Assembly (NCBI GenBank): GCA_016931955.1
Contig: JAFGDV010000002.1
Coordinates: forward strand, 32,001 to 96,000
Length of the DNA stretch: 64,000 bases
DNA from: Candidatus Altiarchaeota archaeon
Lineage (GTDB): Archaea > Altiarchaeota > Altiarchaeia > IMC4 > QMZM01
Direction of reading: 5' to 3'
In this document: positions 1 through 9,428 of the stretch, one piece after another
How the letters are laid out: each line of letters starts with the position of its first letter
Position numbering within the stretch: position 1 is the first letter of the stretch
Program-made: the position numbers and the translations under genes
Notes under the pieces: model-generated
Told to the model about the DNA's origin: nothing
Seen by the model: the letters and a program-made list of their open reading frames with translations, nothing else
Databases searched by the model: none

Positions 1-864
1 GACTTCGTCTTGAAGAACAGGGACTACGTTGACCTGATTACAGGGGATGTTTACAGGCATGAGACCTACTATATGGGTACCGTCGACGACAGGAACAACC
101 TAAGTTTTTATGAGGGCAGCATCAGGGTAGTCGACCAAAAGGGCAGGGAGGTGTTGAAGTTCCCCGCCAAGGACTACTTAAAGCATATCGCTGAGCACGT
201 TGAACCATGGTCTTACCTCAAGTTCCCCTACCTGAAGAAATTCGGCTGGAAGGGTCTCATCGACGGTCCAGGTTCAGGCGTCTACCGGGTGGCTTCATTG
301 GCCAGGTTAAATGTTGTGGAGGGAATATCTACCCCATTAGCCCAGGAAGCCTTCGGGGGGATGTTTGAAACGCTTGGTGAGAGGCCTTCCCACGCAACCC
401 TGGCTATGAACTGGGCCCGCGTTGTTGAAATAATGCACGCTGCTGAGCGGGTGAGGGAGCTCATACAGAACCCTGAGATCACCAGCTCAGATGTCAGGAA
501 TATTCCAACAGATGTCGTCGGCGAAGGTATCGGACATGTAGAGGCTCCAAGAGGCACATTGATACACCACTACTGGTCGGATGATGAGGGTATGACAACA
601 AAGCTGAACATCATCGTTGCCACGGGAAACAACAATGCTGCAATATGTATGTCAGTGAAGAGGGCTGCTGAGAAGTTGATCCACAACTTCAAGGTCGATC
701 AGGGCATACTCAACAGGATAGAGATGGCTTTCCGAGCGTATGACCCATGCTTTGCCTGCGCAACCCATTCATTGCCAGGGAAGATGCCCCTCGAGGTAAG
801 GATCTTCAATCCGGACAAGACCCTCCACAAGAAGATTACGCGTGATGAGGAGGGAGAAAGATGA
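1..864 (+). CDS. mvhA: [NiFe] hydrogenase large subunit, Mvh/group 3c type (5' truncated by window edge)
   Basis: Frame open from base 1; EAPRGTLIHHY, intact L2 motif DPCFACATH plus C-terminal extension; followed by hdrC/hdrB. Confidence 0.92.
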   Translation, partial: DFVLKNRDYVDLITGDVYRHETYYMGTVDDRNNLSFYEGSIRVVDQKGREVLKFPAKDYLKHIAEHVEPWSYLKFPYLKKFGWKGLIDGPGSGVYRVASLARLNVVEGISTPLAQEAFGGMFETLGERPSHATLAMNWARVVEIMHAAERVRELIQNPEITSSDVRNIPTDVVGEGIGHVEAPRGTLIHHYWSDDEGMTTKLNIIVATGNNNAAICMSVKRAAEKLIHNFKVDQGILNRIEMAFRAYDPCFACATHSLPGKMPLEVRIFNPDKTLHKKITRDEEGER

Positions 865-1304
865 ACCTGCAAGAGGAGATCCTCTCGAATATAGATGGCA
901 GGACACTGAATTACTGCTTCAGCTGTGGGATGTGCACTGGAGGCTGCCCTTCAGCAAGGGTGACGGACAGCATATACAACCCAAGGAAGATACTTCATAG
1001 AGCGGCCCTGGAAGGCAGGCTTGAAGAGGACATCTGGTTGTGCACCAACTGCTACACCTGCCAGGAGCGCTGCCCTACGAAGACCAAGGTCGCTGACCTT
1101 ATCAGCCTGATGCGTAGGATCTATGTCAAAGAAAAGGGCATACCTGGATTCATTAAACCGTTGATTGAGAACCTCGGGGCATGCGGTTTCACTGCTAGGA
1201 TAGGTGACCTCGAGAACAAGAGGCGTGAGAGGATGGGGCTCCCATCAGTCAAACAAAATCAAGAAGTCCGGAGGATTATAGAGAAGACTGGGGGCGGATT
1301 ATGA
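861..1304 (+). CDS. hdrC: heterodisulfide reductase subunit C
   Basis: Two CxxCxxCxxxCP motifs (CFSCGMCTGGCP, CTNCYTCQERCP); overlaps mvhA and hdrB. Confidence 0.88.
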   Translation: MNLQEEILSNIDGRTLNYCFSCGMCTGGCPSARVTDSIYNPRKILHRAALEGRLEEDIWLCTNCYTCQERCPTKTKVADLISLMRRIYVKEKGIPGFIKPLIENLGACGFTARIGDLENKRRERMGLPSVKQNQEVRRIIEKTGGGL

Positions 1305-2182
1305 GAGAGTATGCCTACTTCATCGGATGCACGATTCCCTTCAGGGAGTCGAACTATGATCTCTCGACCAGGAAGGTCATGGAGAAACTGGACATAGGGT
1401 TGTTAGATATGCCCGACGCAGGCTGCTGCGGCCTCTACTATGAGCTGGTGAATGAGATGACTCACCTGGCCTTGGCTGCTAGGGTTATATCGATGGCTGA
1501 GGAACTCAAGCGTGACCTCCTAGTCCTCTGCAGCGGATGTAATGGCTCCCTCTACAGGGTGAACAAGAAACTGAAGGAGAATCCAGAACTCAAGGATAGG
1601 GTTAACGAGGTCTTATCTGAAGTGGACCGCGAGTTCAAGGGCACTGTGGAGGTGAAACACGTCATAAGGGTTCTGTGGGAGGACGTCGGCATCAAGGAGA
1701 TAAAAAAGCATGTCAGCAATCCAATAAACATCAAGGCTGCTGCACACTACGGCTGCCACTTCCTGAGACCCTCAGACGAGATGGATTTCGATGATCCGAG
1801 AGAGCCCATAAGCCTCGACAGGTTGATCGAGGTCACAGGTGCGGAGTCCATAGACTACTTCGAGAAATCACTTTGCTGCGGCGGCTATGTGCTCGCAGCA
1901 GACCAGAAAGCGGCTTACATGATGACTGGAACAAAGCTCAGGAACGTGAAAAAAGCTGGGGCTGATATCATAGTGACTGCATGTCCCTTCTGTCACGTGA
2001 TGTATGACGCGAATCAGAAGGCTGTTGAGGCTGAATTAGAGGAGAGTTTTGGCATCCCAGTACTGCATTACCCTCAGCTTCTGGGGCTTGCGATGGGTTT
2101 CGACCTGAAGGAGATGGGTTTGGAGCAGAACCGCGTCAGATTTAATCCTCAGATGTTCAATAATAAAAAGGAAGATGAGTGA
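1301..2182 (+). CDS. hdrB: heterodisulfide reductase subunit B
   Basis: Two CCG domains (GC..CCG..CSGC; YGC..CCG..CPFC), PVLHYPQLLGLAMG. Confidence 0.92.
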   Translation: MREYAYFIGCTIPFRESNYDLSTRKVMEKLDIGLLDMPDAGCCGLYYELVNEMTHLALAARVISMAEELKRDLLVLCSGCNGSLYRVNKKLKENPELKDRVNEVLSEVDREFKGTVEVKHVIRVLWEDVGIKEIKKHVSNPINIKAAAHYGCHFLRPSDEMDFDDPREPISLDRLIEVTGAESIDYFEKSLCCGGYVLAADQKAAYMMTGTKLRNVKKAGADIIVTACPFCHVMYDANQKAVEAELEESFGIPVLHYPQLLGLAMGFDLKEMGLEQNRVRFNPQMFNNKKEDE

Positions 2183-3524
2183 CCTCGTAATCATAGGCGG
2201 TGGTGGCGCAGGCATGACTGCAGCTTTGACCGCAAGGAAGATAAACCCCAGGGTTGATGTTACCATAATAACTAAAGAGTCTCTCTCTTATTCTTCCTGT
2301 GCGCTGCCTTTCGTGATAAGCGGCGAGATTCCTTCCATGGACGACATCACAAGCAGCATGGAGGCGATATGCCAGAAGAGCGGCATAAAACTAGTTCTGG
2401 ATTCTGCGACCTCCATTGACACAAAAAAGAAGGTCGTCTCCACAGAAAGGAGTGGGCTGATATCGTATGATTCCTTAATAATCGCGACCGGCGGGCGAAC
2501 TATGGTACCCCCCATCAAGGGCGCTGATTTAAGGAACATATTGACCCTTTACACGGTAGATGACGCAGAAAAGATCATGGCTCAAGCGAATAAGTCAAAA
2601 AAGGCGGTTGTCATCGGTGGGGGGGCTATTGGCATAGAAGCAGCAGCCGCCTTGGTCGGGTTGGGGCTTAAGGTCACCTTGGTGGAGGGCTTCCCCCACG
2701 TCCTTTTCAGGTTCTTCGATGACGAGTACCTTGCGATCATCGAAGATGAACTGAAGGCAAAGGGGATCGAAATCATCCTGAGCCACTTTGTCGAAGAGGT
2801 CATGGGAAAGGAAAAAGTCGACGCAGTAAAGGTTGCAGGTAAAGAGATACCCTCTGATCTTATTATCATGGCCACTGGCGTCAGACCGAACAGCGAAATA
2901 GCGGAGAAGGCTGGCATCAAGACCATGAAGTATGGTATATTGACTGACTGGCTGATGCAGACTAACATTAAAGATGTCTATGCTGCCGGAGACTGCGCCT
3001 ATTCCAGGTCTATGATCACTGGGGAACTGATGTTGAGTCAGCTTGGGACTACTGCGATAAGGCATGGGACCGTCGCCGGAATGAACGCCGTGGGTGAATC
3101 TGTCGCCTTCGAGGGCGCCCTGGGTTCGATGGCCCTCAAGATATTTGACCTGAAGGTTGGCAGGACAGGGCTTACCGAGAGGGAGGCGAAGGAGGCTGGA
3201 ATCGACGTCATTTCTGGAAGAGCTAAGGCGACGACTAAGGCGAAATACTACCCCGGCCATAAGGAAGTCGACGTCAAGCTGATCTTCGATGCTGCATCGA
3301 AGGAGTTGATCGGCGGACAGATCATTGGTGGGGGTGCGGTCGCCAAAAAAATCGACCTCATAGCGTTGGGGATAAGCAAGCATGCGACAGTAGAGGATCT
3401 GATTGGACTGGGTTACAGCTACACGCCTCCTCTGGCTCCAAGCCATAACGTCATCGTCCTCGCAGCCGAAAACGCCTACCGCAAGATGAAACGCGCTGAA
3501 GAAGCAAGGCGTAGACGATTCTGA
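2175..3524 (+). CDS. CoA-disulfide reductase / NADH oxidase family flavoprotein
   Basis: GGGGAG FAD motif, SYSSCALP redox Cys, GGGAIG NAD motif, YAAGD, C-terminal YTPPLA. Confidence 0.88.
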   Translation: MSDLVIIGGGGAGMTAALTARKINPRVDVTIITKESLSYSSCALPFVISGEIPSMDDITSSMEAICQKSGIKLVLDSATSIDTKKKVVSTERSGLISYDSLIIATGGRTMVPPIKGADLRNILTLYTVDDAEKIMAQANKSKKAVVIGGGAIGIEAAAALVGLGLKVTLVEGFPHVLFRFFDDEYLAIIEDELKAKGIEIILSHFVEEVMGKEKVDAVKVAGKEIPSDLIIMATGVRPNSEIAEKAGIKTMKYGILTDWLMQTNIKDVYAAGDCAYSRSMITGELMLSQLGTTAIRHGTVAGMNAVGESVAFEGALGSMALKIFDLKVGRTGLTEREAKEAGIDVISGRAKATTKAKYYPGHKEVDVKLIFDAASKELIGGQIIGGGAVAKKIDLIALGISKHATVEDLIGLGYSYTPPLAPSHNVIVLAAENAYRKMKRAEEARRRRF

Positions 3525-3648
3525 CCTGTAGTGCCTAACTTTTTTCTTTGTCCTTTCTACCTCGACATACTCAGATGTTGTTATATCAAGATGTTAAGAT
3601 GGTTGGATGTTGACACATAGGCCTTAAGGGTTGATGTTCTTGTATTTT

Positions 3649-4028
3649 ATGATGGAACAGATAGAAGACCATACAGTTGAAGGCTTGTTTCGAAACAGGC
3701 CGCAGGCATACGAACTGTTTTGGCCGTGCGAACTTATATTGAGTCCCTTGGGTCGGTAGAGATAGAGGCTGCGAAGACTCAAGTGTCATTCAAAAGAAAA
3801 AATAGATTTGCATGGGTGTGGCTGCCGCAGACATGGACTAAAAAAAGACCCCCGGAAAGCGTGACACTAACCTTCAGCCTCCCCAGGCAGATCAAAGATG
3901 AACGGATCGCGGAAGCCGTCGAGCCGCGACCAAGACGCTGGACCCACCAAATCGTCTTAGAGAAAAAATCCGACTTAGACGAAAAAGTGAAAAGTTGGCT
4001 GCAGGAAGCATACGAACAAGAAAGGTAG
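3649..4028 (+). pseudogene. DUF5655-like protein, apparently frameshifted at T-run 3718-3721 (or sequencing error)
   Basis: ATG at 3649/3652 gives MEQIEDHTVEGLFRNRPQAYELF; one extra T would join it to LAVRTYIESLG...KTQVSF...RWTH...WLQEAY. Confidence 0.55.
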
Positions 4029-5312
4029 CTACTTCTCTTTGACCCCCGTCAGGGTCGTGCTGCCCTCCGGGATCACGAGGACTTTGGCGTCTTTTCCAAT
4101 CAGGTTGATGGCTTTCTCCAACGCCTCTTGAGGTGTCTCAGCGTATTTGAACAAGAAGACGCCCTCAACTTCTGCCTTGGGCATCTCCGACACCAGGAAG
4201 AGGGTGGCTTTCTCTCTTGCAAGATGATTATAGTATGCTTTGTGTCCGCCGATGTTGAATTCCTTTTCCAGTTCCGTCTTCATCTCATCCCCGCTCCCGT
4301 ATTTGCGCATCCACGCAGCATAGTTCCGATGACCTACGCCGTTGCCTGCGCCCTCAGGGCATTCCGCGACCAGTATCACGACGCCCTTATCCCTGACGAC
4401 GCCGAGAGAGAGATGCAAAGCCTTGTATGCCTGATATAGGTCTATGTCATGTGGTGCGCCGTTTGCTGCGGTAACGACGATATCTGCTTTTTTGGGAGTT
4501 TCTGCCTTATAGATTTTCTCCACCAATGCAGCGCCTCTTCTGAGGACTGAATCGAAGTCTCCTGCAAATGCGCCGACTATGCCTTTTTCGTCTTGGACCA
4601 CGTTTATGGTGAAATCAATGCCTGCAAGCCTTGCGGCTTCAGTCATGTTCTCATACATGGGGTTTCCATCGAGTCTCCCTGGTCTCGAATTGTGGTGGAA
4701 GAAATTCCGTTTATAGTTGTCTTGGATGGTTGAGTAGCTGCTTATACCGGGTAGGATGCTCTTCCTCCCGCCGCCGTAGCCCGCGAAGTAATGTATTTCG
4801 ACGTCCCCTGTGAGGATTCTGACATCTGCTTCAAGGAATGGCTTCTTCACCTCCACCCTCGTGCCTCTGGAGGTAGTACCAACGTAGACGAAATCCGACC
4901 CATTACAGTCGTTGCTGATGTACTCTATCCTTGAAGCGATTCCTTTTCCTAACAGGATTTCCGCCTCCTCTTTCTTTGTTGTTCTGTGTGAACCAGTAGC
5001 AAATATTATCAATATGTTGTCGTCCCCTATGCCCAAGTCGTAGAGTTCGTCAAGGAGTGGTGGGAGCATTTCTGCCGTGGGACACGGACGAGTGTGGTCG
5101 TCTACGACGATAGCCACCTTGTGTTTTTTTTCTTTTTTCGCGATTATTTCTGCAAGTTTTTCTGTGCCCACAGGGTTATCCAACGCATCCTCTATGATCT
5201 TCCGCGGAGACTTATCCACTCTGACGCCTTTCGGCTTCAATACACCCAAGAGATTCTCGTCTGGAACATCCAGAGGGAGCTTTTTACCCCCATAAGGCAG
5301 CTTTATCCTCAT
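4029..5312 (-). CDS. larA: LarA-family nickel-pincer-dependent racemase/epimerase
   Basis: Start MRIKLPYG at 5312; DDHTRP, ATGSHR, HYFAGYGGGRKSILPG, DIDLYQAYK, AECPEG. Confidence 0.88.
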   Translation of the reverse strand: MRIKLPYGGKKLPLDVPDENLLGVLKPKGVRVDKSPRKIIEDALDNPVGTEKLAEIIAKKEKKHKVAIVVDDHTRPCPTAEMLPPLLDELYDLGIGDDNILIIFATGSHRTTKKEEAEILLGKGIASRIEYISNDCNGSDFVYVGTTSRGTRVEVKKPFLEADVRILTGDVEIHYFAGYGGGRKSILPGISSYSTIQDNYKRNFFHHNSRPGRLDGNPMYENMTEAARLAGIDFTINVVQDEKGIVGAFAGDFDSVLRRGAALVEKIYKAETPKKADIVVTAANGAPHDIDLYQAYKALHLSLGVVRDKGVVILVAECPEGAGNGVGHRNYAAWMRKYGSGDEMKTELEKEFNIGGHKAYYNHLAREKATLFLVSEMPKAEVEGVFLFKYAETPQEALEKAINLIGKDAKVLVIPEGSTTLTGVKEK

Positions 5313-5376
5313 CCTCGACCCTCGACTTTTATGTTTGTCTACGGATATATAGTTACTTTGAATTAGATAGATTAAA

Positions 5377-6585
5377 ATGGACATCATCGAAGAAATCGAA
5401 TTAAAGGGGCATATCATAGATTCACTAATACTGCCCAGGGTATTGGACACGATAATGGACTTGAAGGGGGAATTCGAAATACTCCAGTTGGACGTGGGTA
5501 AGACCAAGGTAGATGAAAGCTACTGCAAGATACGAGTCACGGGTTCGCCTGAACTCTTTGATGAACTGGAGAGATTGGGGGCAATGCTACCGAAGAAGGA
5601 AGTAAAAACTGCCGCTGCTCCGAAAGACAAGGTTCTCCCGGACAATTTCTATGGAACCACACATCATCCAACCCACGTTTTCTTGGATGGTGGGTGGAGG
5701 CCCGTCAGAGAACTTGAGATGGACTGCGTCATAGTTATTGAGGGGGACAAGGCCGTTTGCAAACGCCAGGGTCTTGTGAAGAAGGGCGACCTCGTTGTTG
5801 TGGGCTTGGACGGCATAAAGGTTGAAGCCCCTCAGAGATCTAGAGCGCCGCAAGACATCTTCGGCTTCATGTCCAGCGAGGTTTCTCCAGAAAAGCCCAT
5901 CATATCATACATCAAAGGCCTTGCAAGGGAGATGAAGGCCATAAGGGATAACGGGGGTTTCATCATCTTCGTAGTTGGAACGGCTATGGCGCATACGGGT
6001 GCAGACGAAGCCCTCGCTGAACTTATAAGGATGGGTTACATCCAGGCCGTGTTTACCGGGAACGGCTTCGCTGTCATGGACATAGAAAAACGGCTTTACG
6101 GGACGACCCTTGGGATGGACAAGGACACGGGAAAGGTCCTCAAAAGAGGATACAAGAGCCATCTTGCAGCCATAAACGAGGTCTGGAAGGCTGGTAACAT
6201 AAGAAAAATGGTTGAGAAGGGCGTCATAAAGGGTGGTGTCTTATACGAGTGCGTCAGAAACAATACACCCTATGTGATCGGCGGCTCTCTCCGGGACGAC
6301 GGCCCACTGCCAGATACGATAACAGACGTAATGGAAGCTCAGGATGAGATGAGGAGATACGTCCAAAAAGCGGATCTCTGTGTAATCTGTGCATCAATGC
6401 TCCATGGAATCGCAACCGGAAACATGCTCCCCTCAAAGGTCAAAACGGTCGCGATTGACATAAACCCTTATGTGGTAACCCGACTCCAGGACAGGGGGAC
6501 AACCCATGCCTTGGGCATGGTAACGGATCCCGCAGTCCTATTACCTCAGCTGTTAACTGAACTGAAGAGGCTAAGAAAGGCTTAA
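5377..6585 (+). CDS. TIGR00300 family (LOR/SDH domain), ornithine cyclodeaminase-like
   Basis: GHIIDS, FYGTTHHPT, EMDC, FGFMSSEVSPEKP, GSLRDDGPLP, MLHGIATGN, LQDRGT. Confidence 0.85.
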   Translation: MDIIEEIELKGHIIDSLILPRVLDTIMDLKGEFEILQLDVGKTKVDESYCKIRVTGSPELFDELERLGAMLPKKEVKTAAAPKDKVLPDNFYGTTHHPTHVFLDGGWRPVRELEMDCVIVIEGDKAVCKRQGLVKKGDLVVVGLDGIKVEAPQRSRAPQDIFGFMSSEVSPEKPIISYIKGLAREMKAIRDNGGFIIFVVGTAMAHTGADEALAELIRMGYIQAVFTGNGFAVMDIEKRLYGTTLGMDKDTGKVLKRGYKSHLAAINEVWKAGNIRKMVEKGVIKGGVLYECVRNNTPYVIGGSLRDDGPLPDTITDVMEAQDEMRRYVQKADLCVICASMLHGIATGNMLPSKVKTVAIDINPYVVTRLQDRGTTHALGMVTDPAVLLPQLLTELKRLRKA

Positions 6586-6586
6586 G

Positions 6587-8161
6587 ATGGACTGGAGATA
6601 CATTCAAGTGGGTTTTTTCCTTCTCTTATTGCTCTCAGGCCACGCTACTGCCGCAGATTATGGGGATATTGACATCAGTTTGACAACAATAGACTACGCA
6701 TACCCGAGCGGCTTCATCACATTCAATGTAAACTTGACCAACGTAGGCGACAGAGGGGTCTGCATAGATCAGGTATTCATCAGAGGCTCAACAAGATCCA
6801 ACAGGGGATGGAATCCAGGGCCATTCTGCGTTGACGTTAATGAATCAGGGACACTGCAAACCTGGACTACGGTATCGGGCAGAGAGTATACCGCAGAGGT
6901 CGTCTACCAACTGTCTTCCTGCGAGGGTGTGGAATGCTTGCCTGACAACAGGAATCGAGTTGCATACTCCAACACCCTCACGCTAGACTTCATAGAAAAC
7001 CCTCGTTCTAAGACGTATTATTTCTTTGTCGCATATGGCTACATCCTGCTGTTTTTGTTTATAGTCTACCTGCTTACTCAGCCGCGTGAGAAATATATCG
7101 TCAAATCTTTCCTTCTGTTGTTAGCAGTGGTTAATCTATCAACGGCGCTTCTTGACTTCATGTTTGACCTCCACGAGCGGTCTTTCTTTTTCTTCGTCTT
7201 GTTCAGTTTCTTTGTGATCGCTGTTTCAATATGGGTTGAGAAGATCCCTGGAAGGGAAATAAGGGAGTTATCTAAAGAGGAGGGGAAAAAGCACATAAAC
7301 CAAATAAAGAGGGATTATCTTGTCTGGAGCGGTCTATGGTTTGCGTTCGTCTCCCTTGAGTTGTTCGTACCGATCTTCTGGGGTTTGATCAAGCCATCCA
7401 TTGCAGCCTTTTATGCAACAACCATATTGGTTTTCTTCGTGTTCATACTCTTCAAGAGGGGCATAGTGGATGATAGGTTCTTCACCATAGTGACGTCCTT
7501 CGTTTTCGCGTTTTTCATTATAAACCAGGTAACTTCTCCCATATTTGAGCCCAGGGTGAACGTTATTGGGATAGAACCCATGTACGTCATTCAAAGCAGT
7601 TCAAGCAATATCAAAGGCGCTTCATACCATAGAGTGGACAGGATAGACCTGCAGGTTGAGCCTGCCTTCCTCGGCTTCCTGCCCTCCTTTGGCGAGAGGA
7701 GGGTATTCAACGAGGTCCTGCTTTCCTTACCCGACAGCTATATGATACGAGACCTTGCAGTAGAATACCCTTGCGGTATCAGGTTGAAAGAACAGAACAC
7801 TTATGGAGTGGTATTCGAGGTGGACTCATATTCGGCAAACAACAGATTCTGCCTCTGTCAACTGGGGTGTGAGAGATTGATTGACTTATCGGCTTTAGAT
7901 CTGGATTTGGAGAGAAATACGCCGTACCTCATAGACGAGGAGAATAGAACATGGGACTGCAGTAACGTGACCATTTCAAACAAGGGTATCTTAGACATCA
8001 GGGGATACAGACACTTTCTACCTCATATGAACGGAACCTTGACCTGTTTCGTCGACAACAAAGCGTCGGAATGCAGATACGATCCCTTAGCAGGGGGATA
8101 CTACATCTCAGCAGACATTGAAAGCGGTGAGGAAGTAACACTTGCCATCTGCGTTAGATGA
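6587..8161 (+). CDS. multi-pass membrane protein with Cys-rich extracellular domains, unknown function
   Basis: Signal peptide, beta-rich N-domain, about 6 TM segments, Cys-rich C-domain. Confidence 0.7.
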   Translation: MDWRYIQVGFFLLLLLSGHATAADYGDIDISLTTIDYAYPSGFITFNVNLTNVGDRGVCIDQVFIRGSTRSNRGWNPGPFCVDVNESGTLQTWTTVSGREYTAEVVYQLSSCEGVECLPDNRNRVAYSNTLTLDFIENPRSKTYYFFVAYGYILLFLFIVYLLTQPREKYIVKSFLLLLAVVNLSTALLDFMFDLHERSFFFFVLFSFFVIAVSIWVEKIPGREIRELSKEEGKKHINQIKRDYLVWSGLWFAFVSLELFVPIFWGLIKPSIAAFYATTILVFFVFILFKRGIVDDRFFTIVTSFVFAFFIINQVTSPIFEPRVNVIGIEPMYVIQSSSSNIKGASYHRVDRIDLQVEPAFLGFLPSFGERRVFNEVLLSLPDSYMIRDLAVEYPCGIRLKEQNTYGVVFEVDSYSANNRFCLCQLGCERLIDLSALDLDLERNTPYLIDEENRTWDCSNVTISNKGILDIRGYRHFLPHMNGTLTCFVDNKASECRYDPLAGGYYISADIESGEEVTLAICVR

Positions 8162-8216
8162 CTATAGACACAACGTATATATACCTCGTTCTCTATAAAT
8201 ACTTACTGAGGGTAAA

Positions 8217-8432
8217 GTGACCATCAAGGCTTGTATGAAGTGTTTCGGTAAGAGGATTAGGCGGCATTTCCACAGTAAGAATGTTGATATTGGATACTTC
8301 CCATTAGTCATGGACTGGGTATGCGAAGACTGCGGCTATAAGGGAATCCCTATAGTGTTCTGTAATGAAGAGGACTACGTGAACTTCATCACAATACATG
8401 AAAGCCACGATGATAGAGATAAGAAGGTTTGA
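8217..8432 (+). CDS. small zinc-ribbon protein
   Basis: CMKC ... CEDCGY pair; RBS-like GAGGGT and TATA-like element upstream. Confidence 0.55.
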   Translation: MTIKACMKCFGKRIRRHFHSKNVDIGYFPLVMDWVCEDCGYKGIPIVFCNEEDYVNFITIHESHDDRDKKV

Positions 8433-8691
8433 TTCAGCCCTCGGCATTAGGATAGAACTGCAGAACGCCAACCTGCTGCTCATTACTGCGGAGAGGGGCT
8501 ATGTCATGTGCGGCTACTTGGACATAAAAGCTGCTGAAAAACTGGGCGACTCCGCCTGCATTGTAACAGGGGTGAAAACATTCGACGACGTTCTTGAATC
8601 ACGGATAGTGGGAGTCAGCTCAAAGGCCAGGGAACTGGGGATAAGGGAGGGGATGAGTGGTAGAGAAGCCCTGTCTCTCTTATCTACTTGA
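8410..8691 (+). CDS. YunC/DUF1805 family protein
   Basis: GYVMCGYLD, VTGVKTFDDVL, LGIREGMSGREAL. Confidence 0.85.
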   Translation: MIEIRRFDSALGIRIELQNANLLLITAERGYVMCGYLDIKAAEKLGDSACIVTGVKTFDDVLESRIVGVSSKARELGIREGMSGREALSLLST

Positions 8692-9427
8692 TCTTTATAT
8701 CTTCTAAGACTGGAAACTGGTTTCTGGTCTCCTTGACCCTCCGCCGATCCACCATGCACTTAAGCACCTCTTCTCTGTCGTCTCCAACAGCGAGAAGGTC
8801 GCCCCCAGGGTCAACTGCCATCGATCTGCCATTATATTTGTTAAGCAGATCCTTGCCAACGCGATTACAGGCTAGGACATAGAACTGGTTCTCTATCGCC
8901 CTCGCCTTAACCAGAACATCCCAGTGTTTCTCTCTGGTCTTCGGGAAGTTCGCACAGACTAATACGAAATCGGCTTCGTTTTCCATGAATCCCCTGAATA
9001 ACTCGGGGAACCGTATATCGTAGCACGTTGCCAATGCAATATTCCCGAATCTTGTTTGCGTTATCGACGGCTCACCGCCGGCTGAGAAGAAGTTTTTCTC
9101 TTTGTTGAAGAGGTGGATCTTCCGGTATTTACCTATGACGCCTGTTTCGTCCACGAGGATGAAGGTGTTGTATATCCATTTATCGTCAACTTCTATGAGG
9201 GATCCTGCGACCATCTTATTGCCGCAGGCGTCGGTTATTTCTTTCATGGTCTTCCCATCAAGGGGCTCTGCCAACTGCACAATGCGGTTGAAGTCGAAGC
9301 CCGTTGTGAACAATTCGGGGAATAAGATGAGGTCCGCCTTTGAGCCCCTGATTATCTTCAATGCCTTGTCAAGATTCACCTCCTTCTCCCCTAACTCGAT
9401 ATCCATTTGTGCGATTTCCACGTGCAT
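8684..9427 (-). CDS. carbon-nitrogen hydrolase (nitrilase superfamily)
   Basis: Catalytic triad FPE, YRKIHLF, TCYDIRFPE; ARAIENQ. Confidence 0.92.
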   Translation of the reverse strand: MHVEIAQMDIELGEKEVNLDKALKIIRGSKADLILFPELFTTGFDFNRIVQLAEPLDGKTMKEITDACGNKMVAGSLIEVDDKWIYNTFILVDETGVIGKYRKIHLFNKEKNFFSAGGEPSITQTRFGNIALATCYDIRFPELFRGFMENEADFVLVCANFPKTREKHWDVLVKARAIENQFYVLACNRVGKDLLNKYNGRSMAVDPGGDLLAVGDDREEVLKCMVDRRRVKETRNQFPVLEDIKIK

Positions 9428-9428
9428 T

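Noticed and set aside
2595-3446. Long antisense ORFs (e.g. 2595-3446, 28706-29539, 30415-31230, 45237-45935)
   Set aside because: Shadows of well-supported genes on the opposite strand, with no recognisable motifs
5313-5507. N-terminal extension of the larA ORF in the ORF track
   Set aside because: Overlaps the divergent gene in antisense; the family-typical start MRIKLPYG is at 5312
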